A DNA stretch of 64,000 nt. It comes from Octopus bimaculoides (lineage: Eukaryota). The stretch lies in the NCBI RefSeq assembly GCF_001194135.2, contig NC_068985.1:33239855-33303854 (forward strand), read 5' to 3'. The notes under the pieces are model-generated. The model saw only the letters and a program-made list of their open reading frames with translations. It did no database searches and was not told the origin of the DNA. The position numbers and the translations under genes are program-made. Below, piece after piece: positions 62,085 to 64,000 of this stretch; position 1 is the first letter of the stretch; the number at the start of each line of letters is the position of its first letter.

Positions 62085-64000
62085 TAATTGACAGTACCTT
62101 GGTAGATAAAGCAATCAAGAGCATGAAGACAGGGAAAGCCCCCGGCCCTTCAGAAATCACTGCAGAGATGCTCAAAATATCTGGCAGTCGGCTAAAGCCT
62201 AGTCACATGTATAGTTAAGCAGGTGATACACGAATGAGTCATACCCAATAACTGGTGTAGCAGCACCATAGTCAACTGCTACAAAGGTAAAGGTGACGCT
62301 CTAGGCACAAACAATTACAGAAGTATCAAGTTGTTGGATCAGGTAATGAAGGTCACAGAGAGGGTCATAGCCCAACTAATCAGGGAGAGAGTCAGTTTAG
62401 ATGAGATGCAGTTTGGGTTCATGCCAGGGAAAAGTATCCCTGATGCTATATTTCTGGTAAGACAGCTGCAGGAGAAATACCTAGCCAAAGATAAACCTCT
62501 GTACCTGGCTTTCGTTGACATGGAGAAAGCCTTTGACAAGGTCCCCCAATCCCTTATCTGGTGGTCCATGAGGAAACTAGGGATNNNNNNNNNNNNNNNN
62601 NNNNNNNNNNNNNNNNNNNNNNNNNNNNNNNNNNNNNNNNNNNNNNNNNNNNNNNNNNNNNNNNNNNNNNNNNNNNNNNNNNNNNNNNNNNNNNNNNNNN
62701 NNNNNNNNNNNNNNNNNNNNNNNNNNNNNNNNNNNNNNNNNNNNNNNNNNNNNNNNNNNNNNNNNNNNNNNNNNNNNNNNNNNNNNNNNNNNNNNNNNNN
62801 NNNNNNNNNNNNNNNNNNNNNNNNNNNNNNNNNNNNNNNNNNNNNNNNNNNNNNNNNNNNNNNNNNNNNNNNNNNNNNNNNNNNNNNNNNNNNNNNNNNN
62901 NNNNNNNNNNNNNNNNNNNNNNNNNNNNNNNNNNNNNNNNNNNNNNNNNNNNNNNNNNNNNNNNNNNNNNNNNNNNNNNNNNNNNNNNNNNNNNNNNNNN
63001 NNNNNNNNNNNNNNNNNNNNNNNNNNNNNNNNNNNNNNNNNNNNNNNNNNNNNNNNNNNNNNNNNNNNNNNNNNNNNNNNNNNNNNNNNNNNNNNNNNNN
63101 NNNNNNNNNNNNNNNNNNNNNNNNNNNNNNNNNNNNNNNNNNNNNNNNNNNNNNNNNNNNNNNNNNNNNNNNNNNNNNNNNNNNNNNNNNNNNNNNNNNN
63201 NNNNNNNNNNNNNNNNNNNNAGTAGCTCAGGAGCAATAAACACTGAAAATGTGCAGAGAACAACTTCTGCCACATTCCAAGGAGAAAAACTAGAAGTAGT
63301 TGATAGCTTCCGCTATCTAGGTGACCAAGTCAGTAGCGGAGAAGGGTGCACTGAAAGTGTAGCTGCTAGAATAAGAATAGCCTGGGCAAAGTTCAGAGAG
63401 CTCTTACCTCTGCTGGTGACAAAGGGCCTCTCGCTCAGAGTAAAAGACAGACTGTATAACGCATGTGTACGAACAGCCATGCTACATAGCAGTGAAACAT
63501 GGGCTGTGACTGTTGAGGACATGCGTAAGCTCACAAGGAATGAAGCCAGTATGCTCTGATGGATGTGTAATGTCAGTGTGAGAGAAAAGTATTGGACACT
63601 AAACTCAGCTTGCGAAGACCTGTTGGAGCAAGTGAGATCGAAACTGAACCAAATTTGATGACTGGCACCTGTGCCAGTGGAGCACTAACAGCACCATCCA
63701 AGCGGGATCACTGCCAGAGCAGTGGTCTCACTCTCATGCTGGTGGCACGTAAAAAGTACCATTTGAGCGTGATCGTTTCCAGCTTCACCTTACTGGCATT
63801 TGTGTACCGTTGGCATGTGAACAAAAGATGGGACTGACCCCTGTGCAGGTGGCACGTGAAATACACCATTTGAGTGTGGCCGCTGCCAGTACTGCCAGAC
63901 TGGCTCTCGTGCTGGTGGCACGTAAAAAGCATCCACTACACTCTTGGAGTGGTTGGCGTTAGGAAGGGCATCCAGCTGTAGAAACTCTGTCAAATAAGAT
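62085..64000 (+). mobile_element. RTE-clade LINE (RT to 3'UTR), gapped, internally deleted, continuing past the window end
   Basis: MQFGFMPGKS..DAIFLVRQLQEKYL...AFVDMEKAFDKVP and FRYLGDQ...RIRIAWAKFRELL. At ~63590 it jumps into the 3'UTR, missing ~0.4 kb relative to 5162-6396. Confidence 0.9.

Overview
Eukaryotic, AT-rich, repeat-dense genomic DNA with three long N gaps (8035-8729, 59637-60110, 62585-63220). The repeat families resemble those I associate with Octopus/coleoid cephalopods; that origin is an inference, not proof. Main gene: a complete 20-coding-exon SEL1L/Hrd3 gene (ERAD adaptor) on the minus strand, 53646->16530. I reconstructed it by hand with consistent splice phases: 2454 nt, 817 aa, with a signal peptide, a long acidic linker, Sel1-like repeats and a C-terminal TM helix. 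Its first coding intron needs a GC-AG donor. Converging tail-to-tail on the plus strand are the last exons (9768-15402) of an unnamed gene. Its product follows the motif order of the senataxin/UPF1-type SF1 helicase RecA1 domain, but Walker A and B are degenerate and it stops at motif III, so it is a candidate pseudo-helicase. Introns and flanks hold RTE and CR1 LINE fragments, several tRNA-derived SINE families, mariner/maT transposons, piggyBac-type and foldback MITEs, and a short two-LTR Gypsy-type element with a 4-bp TSD and a doubled tRNA-Trp PBS. Other structures worth follow-up: a ~517-bp palindrome of two tRNA-headed elements carrying a degenerate hammerhead-ribozyme motif, a young inverted SINE pair bracketing SEL1L exon 3, an in-frame duplicated acceptor at exon 5, and a stray copy of the exon-15 acceptor. 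No CRISPR array, rRNA or intact tRNA gene was found.
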